The notes: a model not told the origin generated them from the sequence alone. A stretch of DNA of 56,345 bases from an uncultured Candidatus Saccharibacteria bacterium (GCA_964531475.1 CAZHCS010000004.1:1-56345), one strand, 5' to 3'; shown: positions 35,415 to 44,126, counted from the first letter of the stretch. Made by a program: numbers and translations.

Positions 35415-36128
35415 ATGTCAAAGAAAGTCAATCCATATTCTCATAGGCTCGTCATCCTCCGTGATTGGAAATCACGCTGGTTCTCTTCGGGCAAGAAATT
35501 CGCCGAAACCCTCAAGGCCGACGTTCTTATTCGAGAATTCTTGAAAAAGAAACTCCGCACAGCTTATATTTCTTCGGTTGAAATCGAACGCTCCAGAAAA
35601 GGTGCTCGCGTTCTCATCAAGACATCTCGTCCTGGTGCGATAATCGGCCGTTCTGGCGAAGGTGCGAAAAAGCTTCGTGAAGACGTGTTTGCCATGATGA
35701 AGCGTAAAAAGATCGCTATCCCAGAAGATCTAAAGATCGACATTCAAGAAGTCGCAAGCCCTGATGCAGACGCTCAGCTCGTTGCGTATTCTATTGTCGA
35801 AGGTTTGGAAAAGCGCTTGCCTTTCAAGCGAGTCATAAAGTCGACTCTCGAGAAAGTCATGGCTTGCCGCGAAGTCAAAGGAGCCCGTATCGTCGTCTCG
35901 GGCCGTTTGAACGGAGCTGATATCGCTCGCAGGGAAGAGGTCAAGCAGGGCTCGATCCCGCTTCAGACTCTTCGCGCCGATGTCGATTTCGCTCGCGAAC
36001 GCGCAGTGCTTTATTACGGTACACTCGGTATCAAGGTCTGGATCTACCGTGGCGAAGTATTCGAGAAGGAGCAGACTCGTTCTTTCGAGCGCACTTCGGA
36101 GCGCACACCTAATCCGCGCCGAGCATAA
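35415..36128 (+). CDS. rpsC: 30S ribosomal protein S3
   Basis: KVNPYSHRLVILRDWKSRWF, KH-domain IIGRSGEGAKKLRE. Confidence 0.97.
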   Translation: MSKKVNPYSHRLVILRDWKSRWFSSGKKFAETLKADVLIREFLKKKLRTAYISSVEIERSRKGARVLIKTSRPGAIIGRSGEGAKKLREDVFAMMKRKKIAIPEDLKIDIQEVASPDADAQLVAYSIVEGLEKRLPFKRVIKSTLEKVMACREVKGARIVVSGRLNGADIARREEVKQGSIPLQTLRADVDFARERAVLYYGTLGIKVWIYRGEVFEKEQTRSFERTSERTPNPRRA

Positions 36129-36142
36129 TTCATACCACCTAT

Positions 36143-36565
36143 ATGTTGTTTCCTAAGAAAGTAAAATATCGAAAGTGGCAGACCGGACGCAAGAATCCGG
36201 AGAAGCTTGCTCGTCCCGACACTCGCGGCATTTCTGTTGACTTTGGATCATTTGGCCTCAAGGCTGAAACAGGTGCCCGCGTCACTTCGGCTCAGATAGA
36301 ATCTGCCCGCAAGGCCATGGTTCGTCACTTGTCAAAAGAAGGCAAGGCTTGGATCCGCATTTTCCCAGATCGTCCAGTTACAGCCAAGGCGGCTGAAGTG
36401 GGAATGGGTAAGGGTAAGGGTGACCTAAAGGCTTACTGTTTTGAAGTGCACCCAGGTCGTATAATATTCGAGGTCGATGGTGCCACTCCAGAAATATGTA
36501 AAGAAGCGCTTCGCAAAGCAGGTACAAAATTGCCAGTCAAGGCTCGCGTAGTTGCAAGACTCTAA
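36143..36565 (+). CDS. rplP: 50S ribosomal protein L16
   Basis: MLFPKKVKYRKWQTGR..RIFPDRPVTAKAAEVGMGKGKG. Confidence 0.97.
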   Translation: MLFPKKVKYRKWQTGRKNPEKLARPDTRGISVDFGSFGLKAETGARVTSAQIESARKAMVRHLSKEGKAWIRIFPDRPVTAKAAEVGMGKGKGDLKAYCFEVHPGRIIFEVDGATPEICKEALRKAGTKLPVKARVVARL

Positions 36566-36577
36566 TAAACGTGTAAT

Positions 36578-36757
36578 ATGTCAAAGATCGACCTAAAAAA
36601 GAAGACGGTCCCTGAGCTCCAGGCGGAAATCGGGAAGGCTCGCGAATCGCTCCGTGCATCGCGCTTCACCATTGCCGGCACCAAGGGTATCAAAGCCAAC
36701 GCTGCGGCTACCCGCCGACAGATTGCGCGCATGTTGACCGAGATCAATAGCCGATAA
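36578..36757 (+). CDS. rpmC: 50S ribosomal protein L29 (below the ORF-track length cutoff)
   Basis: Hand translation gives MSKIDLKKKTVPELQAEIGKARESLRASRFTIAGTKGIKANAAATRRQIARMLTEINSR. Position between rplP and rpsQ is as expected. Confidence 0.9.
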   Translation: MSKIDLKKKTVPELQAEIGKARESLRASRFTIAGTKGIKANAAATRRQIARMLTEINSR

Positions 36758-36766
36758 AAGAAATTT

Positions 36767-37015
36767 ATGGATACTAAAGCCAAAAAACCGAAAATCCTCC
36801 GTGGCGTTGTCGTCAAAGACCAGAATGATAAAACTGTGGTTGTTTCTGTACCGCGTTTTATCAAGCATCCAAAATATCAGAAATACTACAAGTCTGATAA
36901 GCGCTACCAGGCGCACGACCAGAACAATGAGTTCAAGGTCGGAGACAAGGTCGAGATGGTCGAAGGTCGTCCAATTTCGCGCACCAAGCGCTTTACTGTT
37001 ACGAAGAAAGTCTAA
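36767..37015 (+). CDS. rpsQ: 30S ribosomal protein S17
   Basis: LRGVVVKDQNDKTVVVSV..KRYQAHDQNNEFKVGDKVEMVEGRPISRTKRF. Confidence 0.96.
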   Translation: MDTKAKKPKILRGVVVKDQNDKTVVVSVPRFIKHPKYQKYYKSDKRYQAHDQNNEFKVGDKVEMVEGRPISRTKRFTVTKKV

Positions 37016-37025
37016 CTAAACCTTT

Positions 37026-37397
37026 ATGTTGCAAGACGGCTCAAATGTATTCATCACAGACAACGGCGGCGGTAAGAATGCCCGCATCTTCAAGGTGCTA
37101 GGCGGATCTAAGCGTCGTTATGCGCAAATCGGCGACATCGTTGTTATTGCCGTTAAAACTGCCGAACCTCGCAAGATGATCAAAAAGAAAGACGTTCATC
37201 ATGCAGTCGTTGTTCGTCAGCAAAAGCCTTTCCGCCGCAAGGACGGTTCTTATATCTCTTTTGATGACAATGCAGTCGTTATTATCGAAAAGGGCAAGCT
37301 CGAACCAAAAGCCGGACGTATCTTTGGACCTATCCCTCGAGAGATCGGCGAGCTCGGTTATCAGAAAATCGTTTCCTTGGCTCCAGAGGTTCTCTAA
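37026..37397 (+). CDS. rplN: 50S ribosomal protein L14
   Basis: DNGGGKNARIFKVLGG..GDIVVIAVK..VVVRQQKPFRRKDGSYISFDDNAVV. Confidence 0.96.
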   Translation: MLQDGSNVFITDNGGGKNARIFKVLGGSKRRYAQIGDIVVIAVKTAEPRKMIKKKDVHHAVVVRQQKPFRRKDGSYISFDDNAVVIIEKGKLEPKAGRIFGPIPREIGELGYQKIVSLAPEVL

Positions 37398-37410
37398 TTT
37401 CAAAAAATAT

Positions 37411-37626
37411 ATGGCTATCAAGAAAAACGACAAAGTAACCGTCATAACCGGCCGCGACAAGGGCAAGTCTGGTTCTGTGCTCCAGGTACTACGATCTGAA
37501 AATCGCATCGTAGTTGAAGGTATAAACGTAATGAAGGTTCACAAAAAGAAGACTTCTGGCAAACCTGGCCAGATTGTCGAGATTCCAGCCCCGATCCATA
37601 TTTCTAACGTCACTCTCGCTAAATAA
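37411..37626 (+). CDS. rplX: 50S ribosomal protein L24
   Basis: The in-frame ATG at 37411 inside listed ORF 37201..37626 gives MAIKKNDKVTVITGRDKGKSGSVLQV..VEGINVMKVHKK. Confidence 0.93.
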   Translation: MAIKKNDKVTVITGRDKGKSGSVLQVLRSENRIVVEGINVMKVHKKKTSGKPGQIVEIPAPIHISNVTLAK

Positions 37627-37628
37627 AC

Positions 37629-38168
37629 ATGCAAACGACACAGGAAAAACTAAATAGTGCATACGAAGCTATGAAAGGAGCTTTTGGCTACAAGAACAAG
37701 CTCGCGGCGCCGCGATTGGTCAAGGTTGTTGTTTCTTCCGGCACGGGCTCAAAGTCAAAGGTTGATAAGAACAAGAATGATTTTGTCGCAGATCGTTTGG
37801 CCAAGATAACTGGACAGAAGCCGTCTGGTCGCCAGGCCAAGCAGTCAATCGCGTCTTTCAAACTTCGCGAGGGCGAAGTTATCGGCCAGACAGTAACGCT
37901 TCGTGGCGCGCGCATGAATTCTTTTGTTGACAAGCTCACGAACATTGCCTTGCCACGCACCAAAGACTTCCGCGGTCTTGATGCCAAGGCGCTTGATAAC
38001 GTCGGTAACCTAACTCTTGGTATCAAAGAACACACAATCTTTCCAGAAACAGGTGATGAAGAATTGAAAGATGTTTTCGGACTCTCGATTACCTTTGTCA
38101 CGACTGCCAAGACTAAGGCCGAGGCCAAAGCATTCTTCGACCACATCGGAATTCCTTTCAAGAAGTAG
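37629..38168 (+). CDS. rplE: 50S ribosomal protein L5
   Basis: PRLVKVVVSSGTG..VTLRGARMNSFVDKL..LPRTKDFRGL. Confidence 0.97.
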   Translation: MQTTQEKLNSAYEAMKGAFGYKNKLAAPRLVKVVVSSGTGSKSKVDKNKNDFVADRLAKITGQKPSGRQAKQSIASFKLREGEVIGQTVTLRGARMNSFVDKLTNIALPRTKDFRGLDAKALDNVGNLTLGIKEHTIFPETGDEELKDVFGLSITFVTTAKTKAEAKAFFDHIGIPFKK

Positions 38169-38172
38169 CCTC

Positions 38173-38290
38173 GCAAAATTTATCTGAAAAAGGTACGGAA
38201 TAACCCGCCCTTAATAAGGCGGGTTTTCCTCTACCTCGGCGCGCTTGTGAACACGCGCCTGCGGTAAGCCCTTTTTCAGATAAATTTTGC
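38173..38290. repeat. 118-bp MITE-like palindromic element with perfect 21-bp terminal inverted repeats
   Basis: GCAAAATTTATCTGAAAAAGG (38173-38193) faces CCTTTTTCAGATAAATTTTGC (38270-38290). It encloses two hairpins: ACCCGCC..GGCGGGT plus a T-run (the rplE terminator) and GGCGCG..CGCGCC. Confidence 0.6.
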
Positions 38291-38523
38291 TCCGCGGGAA
38301 GTGGCACTTCCATTTTCTGGGTGGTTGGTGTAAGTTAAAGAAAACCATTCCAATGACATCGTATGACGCTTATCTCTCCAAGATCAAGATAAAGATCTTG
38401 GAAAGCAGCACCATCCTTCCCAAAGGTGTCGAGTCCAAGTACCTCGCCCGGGTGATTGATGGGCGACTCGTCGTAGAAACGCGCGTCAGAAAGCCTCGCT
38501 AGTCGGGGTTTTCTTTCTAATAG

Positions 38524-38551
38524 TTGACAAAAACCTGTCATCTGCTAGTAT
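38524..38551 (+). promoter_or_regulatory. restart promoter for rpsN-secY (TAGTAT class)
   Basis: TTGACA (38524-38529), 16 nt, TAGTAT (38546-38551). 164 nt separate the -10 box from the rpsN ATG. Confidence 0.6.
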
Positions 38552-38715
38552 GTCCCTCGTACCGGTTCAATCCGCGTTTCTCCTTATGAGGTCGGTCCCG
38601 CGACTGAAATTATAAGAAAAAACGTGAGATATTACCGGTTACCGGTCTGTAACCGCCAGCCATTAGCCTTTAGCTAACGGCCAATGGCTACAAGCTGCTA
38701 GCTTAATAATCAACA

Positions 38716-38985
38716 ATGGCCAAAACATCAGTATTAGCGCGAAATGAAAAGCGCATAAAGCTCGTCGAGAAGTACGCTAAAAAGCGTGCTGCTTTAAAGG
38801 CTGCAGGGGATATGGCGGGCCTTCAGAAGCTCCCAAAAAACTCTTCGCCTTCTCGTCTCAAAAACCGTTGCGGTCTCACTGGCCGCGGCAAGGGTTATAT
38901 GCGTGATTTCGGTGTTTCTCGTATCAAGTTTCGCGAGTTGGCTTCGGTCGGTGAAGTCCCAGGCGTCAGGAAATCATCTTGGTAA
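38716..38985 (+). CDS. rpsN: 30S ribosomal protein S14 (long, non-zinc form)
   Basis: [58 protein letters not shown]. Only one Cys. Confidence 0.95.
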   Translation: MAKTSVLARNEKRIKLVEKYAKKRAALKAAGDMAGLQKLPKNSSPSRLKNRCGLTGRGKGYMRDFGVSRIKFRELASVGEVPGVRKSSW

Positions 38986-39024
38986 ATCTATTTTCTACTT
39001 AATACTTCCTACTCACTCAATACC

Positions 39025-39414
39025 ATGGACAAGATCGCAAACATGCTAATTATGATCAAGAATGCAGGGATGGCCGGCAAGACGACCGTCGTTGTTCCTC
39101 ATTCAAAAATGAAAGAGGCCATCGCACACTGCCTAGTAAAAGGCAAATTCATTGCTGGCGCTTCTAAAAAGACTCTTGAAGGCGGCAAGGCTGCTCTTGA
39201 GATTAATCTTATCCGCGAAGGCGGCGCACCGCGCATTACTCAGGTTGAGCGAATCTCTAAACCTTCAAAACGAGTTTATATCAAGGCTAAAGATATGAAG
39301 CCTGTTCGCCAGGGTTTTGGTGCTATGGTTATATCGACACCAAAAGGTATATTGCTAGCAAGCGAGGCTCGTAAGGAACTGGTCGGCGGGGAAGCGTTGT
39401 TTAAGATCTGGTAG
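39025..39414 (+). CDS. rpsH: 30S ribosomal protein S8
   Basis: DKIANMLIMIKNA..ISKPSKRVY..ISTPKGIL. Confidence 0.96.
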   Translation: MDKIANMLIMIKNAGMAGKTTVVVPHSKMKEAIAHCLVKGKFIAGASKKTLEGGKAALEINLIREGGAPRITQVERISKPSKRVYIKAKDMKPVRQGFGAMVISTPKGILLASEARKELVGGEALFKIW

Positions 39415-39447
39415 TTCGACCCGGCTCACCATAAATAATTCACTCAT

Positions 39448-39984
39448 ATGTCACGAATCGGAAAACAAATCATAAACGTCCCGGCAGGAACCGAAGTAAA
39501 GGTTTCTGGAGCTACGTTCTCGGTCAAAGGACCAAAGGGAGAGCTTTCTCGCATGTTCAAGACGAATATTGTTTCTATAGATCTTGCTGATGGTGTTCTT
39601 AAGTTCGTCCCGAAAAATGACGAAATTGGCACCAAGGCTCTTTGGGGCACATACGCTGCTCATGTTAAAAACATGATAAAGGGTGTCACCGAAGGCTACG
39701 AAAAGAAGCTTATTCTCGAGGGCGTCGGATTCAAGTCAGATGTTCAGGGTTCGACGATCAAGCTCGCTCTTGGTTTCTCTCATCCGGTCATCATGGATAT
39801 TCCAGAGGGCTTGAAGGTTACAGCTGAAAAGAACGTCATCACCGTTTCTGGTATGGACAAAGAGCTCGTTGGCCATTTCGCTGCCAAGCTCCGCGATCAG
39901 AAGCCTCCTGAGCCTTACAAGGGCAAGGGTATGCGCTACGATGGCGAATTCATTAGAAGGAAACAAGGCAAGAAGGCCGCGTAA
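39448..39984 (+). CDS. rplF: 50S ribosomal protein L6
   Basis: MSRIGKQIINVPAGTEVKV..GVGFKS..PEPYKGKGMRY. Confidence 0.97.
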   Translation: MSRIGKQIINVPAGTEVKVSGATFSVKGPKGELSRMFKTNIVSIDLADGVLKFVPKNDEIGTKALWGTYAAHVKNMIKGVTEGYEKKLILEGVGFKSDVQGSTIKLALGFSHPVIMDIPEGLKVTAEKNVITVSGMDKELVGHFAAKLRDQKPPEPYKGKGMRYDGEFIRRKQGKKAA

Positions 39985-39995
39985 TCATATCTATC

Positions 39996-40346
39996 ATGCA
40001 AACACGACCATCAAAAATGTCTGGACGCACTCGCATCAAGCGCAAAATTCGCGCCAAGATTTCTGGTACCGCCGAACGTCCACGATTGTCTATCTATCGT
40101 TCGAATGCGTTTATCTATGCGCAGATTATCGATGACTCAACAGGTACTACTATAGTTTCAGCATCTGATATGAAGCTCGGAAAAGGTACCAAGCGCGAAC
40201 GCGCAGCAGTAGTTGGTGCCGAGCTCGGCAAGCTCGCTGCTGGCAAGAAGATCACCAAGGTCGTATTCGACAGAAATGGATTCCAGTACACTGGCCGCAT
40301 CAAGGTTTTAGCCGATGCTGCTCGTGAAGCCGGCTTACAGTTTTAA
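39996..40346 (+). CDS. rplR: 50S ribosomal protein L18
   Basis: RPRLSIYRSNAFIYAQIIDD..VVFDRNGFQYTGRIKVLADAAREAGLQF. Confidence 0.96.
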   Translation: MQTRPSKMSGRTRIKRKIRAKISGTAERPRLSIYRSNAFIYAQIIDDSTGTTIVSASDMKLGKGTKRERAAVVGAELGKLAAGKKITKVVFDRNGFQYTGRIKVLADAAREAGLQF

Positions 40347-40349
40347 TAC

Positions 40350-40949
40350 ATGCATATGGACCAGAAACAAACAACAACCAAAGGGACAGTCGGATCCGCA
40401 CCACGTGCGGGAGGACGTTCATTCGGCGGCGGCCGAGGTGGCGATCGCGGTCCGCGAGGCCGCAAGCCTGCCGATCGTCGCGAGAAACCAGAATTCGATC
40501 AAAAGATTCTTTCGGTACGACGCGTTACTCGTGTTATGGCCGGTGGACGCCGATTCACTTTCTCGGTCGCTATTCTTATCGGCGACCGCAAAGGCTCAGT
40601 CGGCTTGGGTCTTGGTAAATCAGTAGACACTACGCTTGCTATCAACAAAGCTGTCTCTGCTGCCAAGAAGACTATGCTAAAGCTTCCTCTTACAAAAGAT
40701 ATGTCATTCGGTCACGAGATCGTTGGTAAGTTCAAAGCGTCTCGCATTGCACTCATGCCAAACCGAGGCAAGGGTCTTGTTGCCGGTGGCGCACTTCGCG
40801 ACATATTGCTTTTGGCTGGTGTAAAAAACGTCACTGGCAAGATTCATTCTCCGTCAAAAAATCACTTGAATAATGCCAAGGCCGCAATGCTCGCGCTTCG
40901 ATCTTTGAAGATGAGAAAGTCGAAAGAAGTAGCAACTAAGAGCGAATAA
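40350..40949 (+). CDS. rpsE: 30S ribosomal protein S5 (RGG-type N-terminal extension)
   Basis: VRRVTRVMAGGRRFTFSVAILIGDRKGSVGLGLGK..GKGLVAGGALR. Confidence 0.96.
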   Translation: MHMDQKQTTTKGTVGSAPRAGGRSFGGGRGGDRGPRGRKPADRREKPEFDQKILSVRRVTRVMAGGRRFTFSVAILIGDRKGSVGLGLGKSVDTTLAINKAVSAAKKTMLKLPLTKDMSFGHEIVGKFKASRIALMPNRGKGLVAGGALRDILLLAGVKNVTGKIHSPSKNHLNNAKAAMLALRSLKMRKSKEVATKSE

Positions 40950-40952
40950 TAT

Positions 40953-41402
40953 ATGCAAACTAACAACCTGGTCAGAAAGACCCCAAATCAAAAGAGGAAG
41001 TTGATCGGTCGCGGCGGCAAGCGCGGCAAGACTTCTGGACGTGGCACCAAAGGTCAGTGGGCTCACGGTTCTCATGGTGTTCGCCCAGAGCTTCGAGACA
41101 TCATCAAAAAGTTCCCGAAACTACGCGGACACGGCAAGAACCGCGGTCGTACGGTCAACTCGTCAGCCACTCGTGCTCAGGTAGTCAACCTAGAAGTTAT
41201 CGAGGCAAATTTCGCTGCAGGAGAAACAGTCAGCGTCAAGACGCTTCTTGATAAGGGTCTAGTACGAACTACGGGTGGCAAGAACCCAGAGGTCAAAATC
41301 TTGGCTCACGGTGATTTCAAGAAAAAGCTTACTTTCGTCGGACTCACTTTCTCGGTGGCTGGCAAGGAAAAAGCTGAAAAATCAGGAAGTACGGTACAAT
41401 AA
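40953..41402 (+). CDS. rplO: 50S ribosomal protein L15 (follows rpsE directly; no L30 gene)
   Basis: KRKLIGRGGKRGKTSGRGTKGQ. Only 3 nt separate it from rpsE. Confidence 0.95.
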   Translation: MQTNNLVRKTPNQKRKLIGRGGKRGKTSGRGTKGQWAHGSHGVRPELRDIIKKFPKLRGHGKNRGRTVNSSATRAQVVNLEVIEANFAAGETVSVKTLLDKGLVRTTGGKNPEVKILAHGDFKKKLTFVGLTFSVAGKEKAEKSGSTVQ

Positions 41403-41407
41403 AGCCT

Positions 41408-42670
41408 ATGAGCTTCTGGCACAAAATAAAAACAGCGTTCGGAGATCGTACGATCAGGAAAAAAATCCTCTTCGTCCTCTTCATTTTGGCTGTGTTTCGT
41501 TTGCTCGCAACAGTTCCTATTCCTGGCGTCGACATATTCCGTCTTCAAGGCTTTTTGTCCGAGAACCAATTCTTGAGCTTGTTGAACATATTTTCTGGCG
41601 GCGGTTTGACGGCTCTTTCCATAGTCATGATGGGTGTTGGTCCAATGATCACCGCTTCGATCATCATGCAGCTCATGACGCTTCTTTCACCGCGTCTTAA
41701 GTCCATGTATCACGAAGAGGGCGCTATTGGCCGATCTCGTTTTTCACAGTACTCTCGTATTGTGACCGTGCCTATCGCTCTTATTCAAGGCTACGCGCTC
41801 GTCTCTATATTGACCCAACAGGGTGTCATGCAGGCTTTGTCCGCATACGAAACTGCCGTGGCGCTCATCGTCGCGACTGCTGGCTCGATGTTCTTGGTTT
41901 GGCTCGGTGAGCTCATAACCGAACATGGTGTCGGCAACGGCGTTTCTGTTATCATCTTTGCCGGTATTGTTGCCGCGCTTCCTGCACAGATCAATCAGCT
42001 CATATTTACATATACACCGTCTCTATTGTTGACCTACGTAGCGTTCGCTGTTGCAGCTGTTATTGTAATAGCCGGAGTCATCTTGGTAACAGAATCAGAA
42101 CGTTTGGTGCCTATAACCTACGCCAAGCAGGCTCGTGGTGGTTTTGGCGCGCAATCGTCTTATTTGCCTCTCAAGGTCAACCAAGCCGGCGTCATGCCTG
42201 TTATCTTCGCTCTCTCGATTCTCTTGTTCCCACAACTTTTGGCCAACTTCTTTGTGGCCGCTGACAGTGCAACACTTCAGAATATCGGCCAGGCAATCCT
42301 AAGATTCCTCCAGTCCACTTGGGAATACTCGATCGCATACTTTGTCCTTGTGTTCTTGTTTACATATTTCTACACGGCAGTTACGTTCGATCCGGAATCT
42401 GTTGCGACGAATTTGCAGAAGAACGGCGCATTCGTGCCAGGCATTCGTCCTGGACAGTCGACTAGCGAATATATTGGCAAGATCGTTAGCCGCATTACGT
42501 TCATGGGCGCTATCTTCTTGGGTCTCATCGCTGTCTTGCCAGTTATAATGCAAAAGGCGACAGGTATTGCAACGCTCGCCCTTGGTGGTACAGCGCTCCT
42601 CATCGTTGTTTCGGTTATCTTGGATATATTGCGTAAAGTCGACGGACAGGTTTCGATGAGGCAATACTAG
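41408..42670 (+). CDS. secY: preprotein translocase subunit SecY
   Basis: 420 aa, 10-TM pattern. RKKILFVLFILAVFRLLATVPIPGVD, GPMITASIIMQLM. Confidence 0.97.
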   Translation: MSFWHKIKTAFGDRTIRKKILFVLFILAVFRLLATVPIPGVDIFRLQGFLSENQFLSLLNIFSGGGLTALSIVMMGVGPMITASIIMQLMTLLSPRLKSMYHEEGAIGRSRFSQYSRIVTVPIALIQGYALVSILTQQGVMQALSAYETAVALIVATAGSMFLVWLGELITEHGVGNGVSVIIFAGIVAALPAQINQLIFTYTPSLLLTYVAFAVAAVIVIAGVILVTESERLVPITYAKQARGGFGAQSSYLPLKVNQAGVMPVIFALSILLFPQLLANFFVAADSATLQNIGQAILRFLQSTWEYSIAYFVLVFLFTYFYTAVTFDPESVATNLQKNGAFVPGIRPGQSTSEYIGKIVSRITFMGAIFLGLIAVLPVIMQKATGIATLALGGTALLIVVSVILDILRKVDGQVSMRQY

Positions 42671-42707
42671 GTAGGTAAGTGGTGATTGGGGGTTAGAAAG
42701 TAACACG

Positions 42708-42734
42708 AAGCGGCGGGCCGGAGGCCCGCCGCTT
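42708..42734 (+). terminator. GC-rich hairpin after secY (weak T-tract)
   Basis: AAGCGGCGGGCC-GGA-GGCCCGCCGCTT: 12-bp perfect stem. Confidence 0.45.
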
Positions 42735-42779
42735 GACGTTCGTATCCGATTCCTGTATAAATTCCGAAAACATAGTACC

Positions 42780-43427
42780 ATGCAGAACCTCACGCCTCTT
42801 GTCGGCCTTACGGCCCCTTCTGGCACGGGCAAGAATCACGTTATCCGGCATCTCGTCTCCGAATACAAGAACGTTTTCGTTCACGTAGTATCTGATGCGA
42901 GCCGACCGCCGCGCGGCCCTGAAACCCAAGGCAACCCGTACAATTTCGTGCTGCCCGAAGAGTTTCTCACTAAGATCGAGCAAGGCGGATACCTCGAATA
43001 CGCCAACGTCAACGAAGAGGACCGAAATGATCCTTACGGTTGGCGCGGAACTCCGGTATCCAGGATCGAAGAAGTCTGGAGCGCCGGCAAGATCCCGCTC
43101 CTTGATCTTAATCCTGACGGAGCGATTGCGATCGAGAAGTTTTATGGCTTTCGGGCCAAGATGATCATTCTTGAACCCGACGAACGAGAGCGCATCAGGC
43201 GTTTGCATGCGCGTGACGGTGCGGGGAAGTATTCCCGTGCCGAGATCGATCGCAGGATCCGTAGTGGCCCCCGAGAACTTGAGCGAGCAAAGCAGGGTCT
43301 TATGAAGCCGTTGAACGTCGTTCAGTACGACTATTCGGACCCGGTTTTGAACGAGCTGGAGAATATGGTCATGAAGTGGGTTCGACCACACATTCCGCGG
43401 GCCTTCAAAATACCCTCTGCCCAATGA
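42780..43427 (+). CDS. guanylate kinase-like P-loop kinase
   Basis: P-loop LTAPSGTGKN. SDASRPPRGPETQGNPYNFVLPEEFLTKIEQGGYLEYANV parallels the S-TTR-PR-GE-G-Y-FV..F..G-FLEYA pattern of Gmk. Occupies the slot where adk usually follows secY. Confidence 0.55.
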   Translation: MQNLTPLVGLTAPSGTGKNHVIRHLVSEYKNVFVHVVSDASRPPRGPETQGNPYNFVLPEEFLTKIEQGGYLEYANVNEEDRNDPYGWRGTPVSRIEEVWSAGKIPLLDLNPDGAIAIEKFYGFRAKMIILEPDERERIRRLHARDGAGKYSRAEIDRRIRSGPRELERAKQGLMKPLNVVQYDYSDPVLNELENMVMKWVRPHIPRAFKIPSAQ

Positions 43428-43429
43428 AC

Positions 43430-43456
43430 AAAACCCCCGCCATGTGCGGGGGTTTT
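43430..43456 (+). terminator. intrinsic terminator
   Basis: AAAACCCCCGC-CATGT-GCGGGGGTTTT. Confidence 0.8.
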
Positions 43457-43487
43457 CATTTGACATAGACATGTTTCTCCTGTAGAT

Positions 43488-44108
43488 TTGGTCCGAATAA
43501 AACCCAACCCAACCATGCAACAAGCGGATCTTTCCCATAGTATTAGCAAAGTTTCTGTCGAAGGGACCATGTTCGGGGGCGATCGTCCGCTGATCACGCG
43601 CCTCATCGACCACAGTACCTCTGGCACGGCGTTGCTCTTGGCAAGCATGCATACCAGACTCACGACCATCCGAGGAAAAGAGGCCGACCGATATGACGTA
43701 TATTACTCGATCAACTTCTCTTCGCCGAGGACTTCGCCGGCATTTGTTGCCTCTAAGAGGGAAGTCGTCATGAGGCTATCTTCCGAATCGACAGTAAACA
43801 AATTCCTTGGCCTTCTGAAAGAACGGATCGAGAAGACAGGGATAGGCCCATGCAAAGCTGGCCCGAACATATTCTTTGTTGCTACTGTCGAGCCTCCTCT
43901 TGGCCACAACGCTTTTACTTCGATCATTCGCTTTGGTTTTGGAAGGAGCGGCGAGGTGATCAAGAAGCATTATGTCGAGGTCGTCCACTCAGCGATTCCG
44001 GGACGAGCCACGCCTTTTGAGGAGCTTGAGGGCAAGTTTTTCCAGGAGCTTGGCTCAATCGACATTGCTGCCGATTTGGTCCTGGTCAGAGAAAAGGTGG
44101 AGTCCTGA
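43488..44108 (+). CDS. hypothetical protein
   Basis: 206-aa ORF. The listed start is TTG, with an alternative ATG at 43515. No motif recognised. Confidence 0.45.
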   Translation: MVRIKPNPTMQQADLSHSISKVSVEGTMFGGDRPLITRLIDHSTSGTALLLASMHTRLTTIRGKEADRYDVYYSINFSSPRTSPAFVASKREVVMRLSSESTVNKFLGLLKERIEKTGIGPCKAGPNIFFVATVEPPLGHNAFTSIIRFGFGRSGEVIKKHYVEVVHSAIPGRATPFEELEGKFFQELGSIDIAADLVLVREKVES

Positions 44109-44126
44109 TTGCTCTTTGGAACAGAA

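Noticed and set aside
37600-37610. An 11-mer ATTTCTAACGT identical to the right arm of the start-codon palindrome, seen as a possible third copy.
   Set aside because: It lies inside the rplX coding sequence (HISNVT). There is no inverted partner within 100 nt and no flank similarity. It is treated as a chance match.
38287-38502. 71-aa ORF (or 49 aa from the ATG at 38353) in the rplE-rpsN gap.
   Set aside because: It has no promoter, RBS or motif, and a competing antisense ORF of similar size is present. It is left unannotated. It might still be a real small protein.
42693-43652. 319-aa minus-strand ORF.
   Set aside because: It is antisense to the Gmk-like kinase gene, which has clear P-loop and Gmk-type motifs. 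It spans a terminator and an intergenic region. It is a shadow ORF favoured by locally higher GC.
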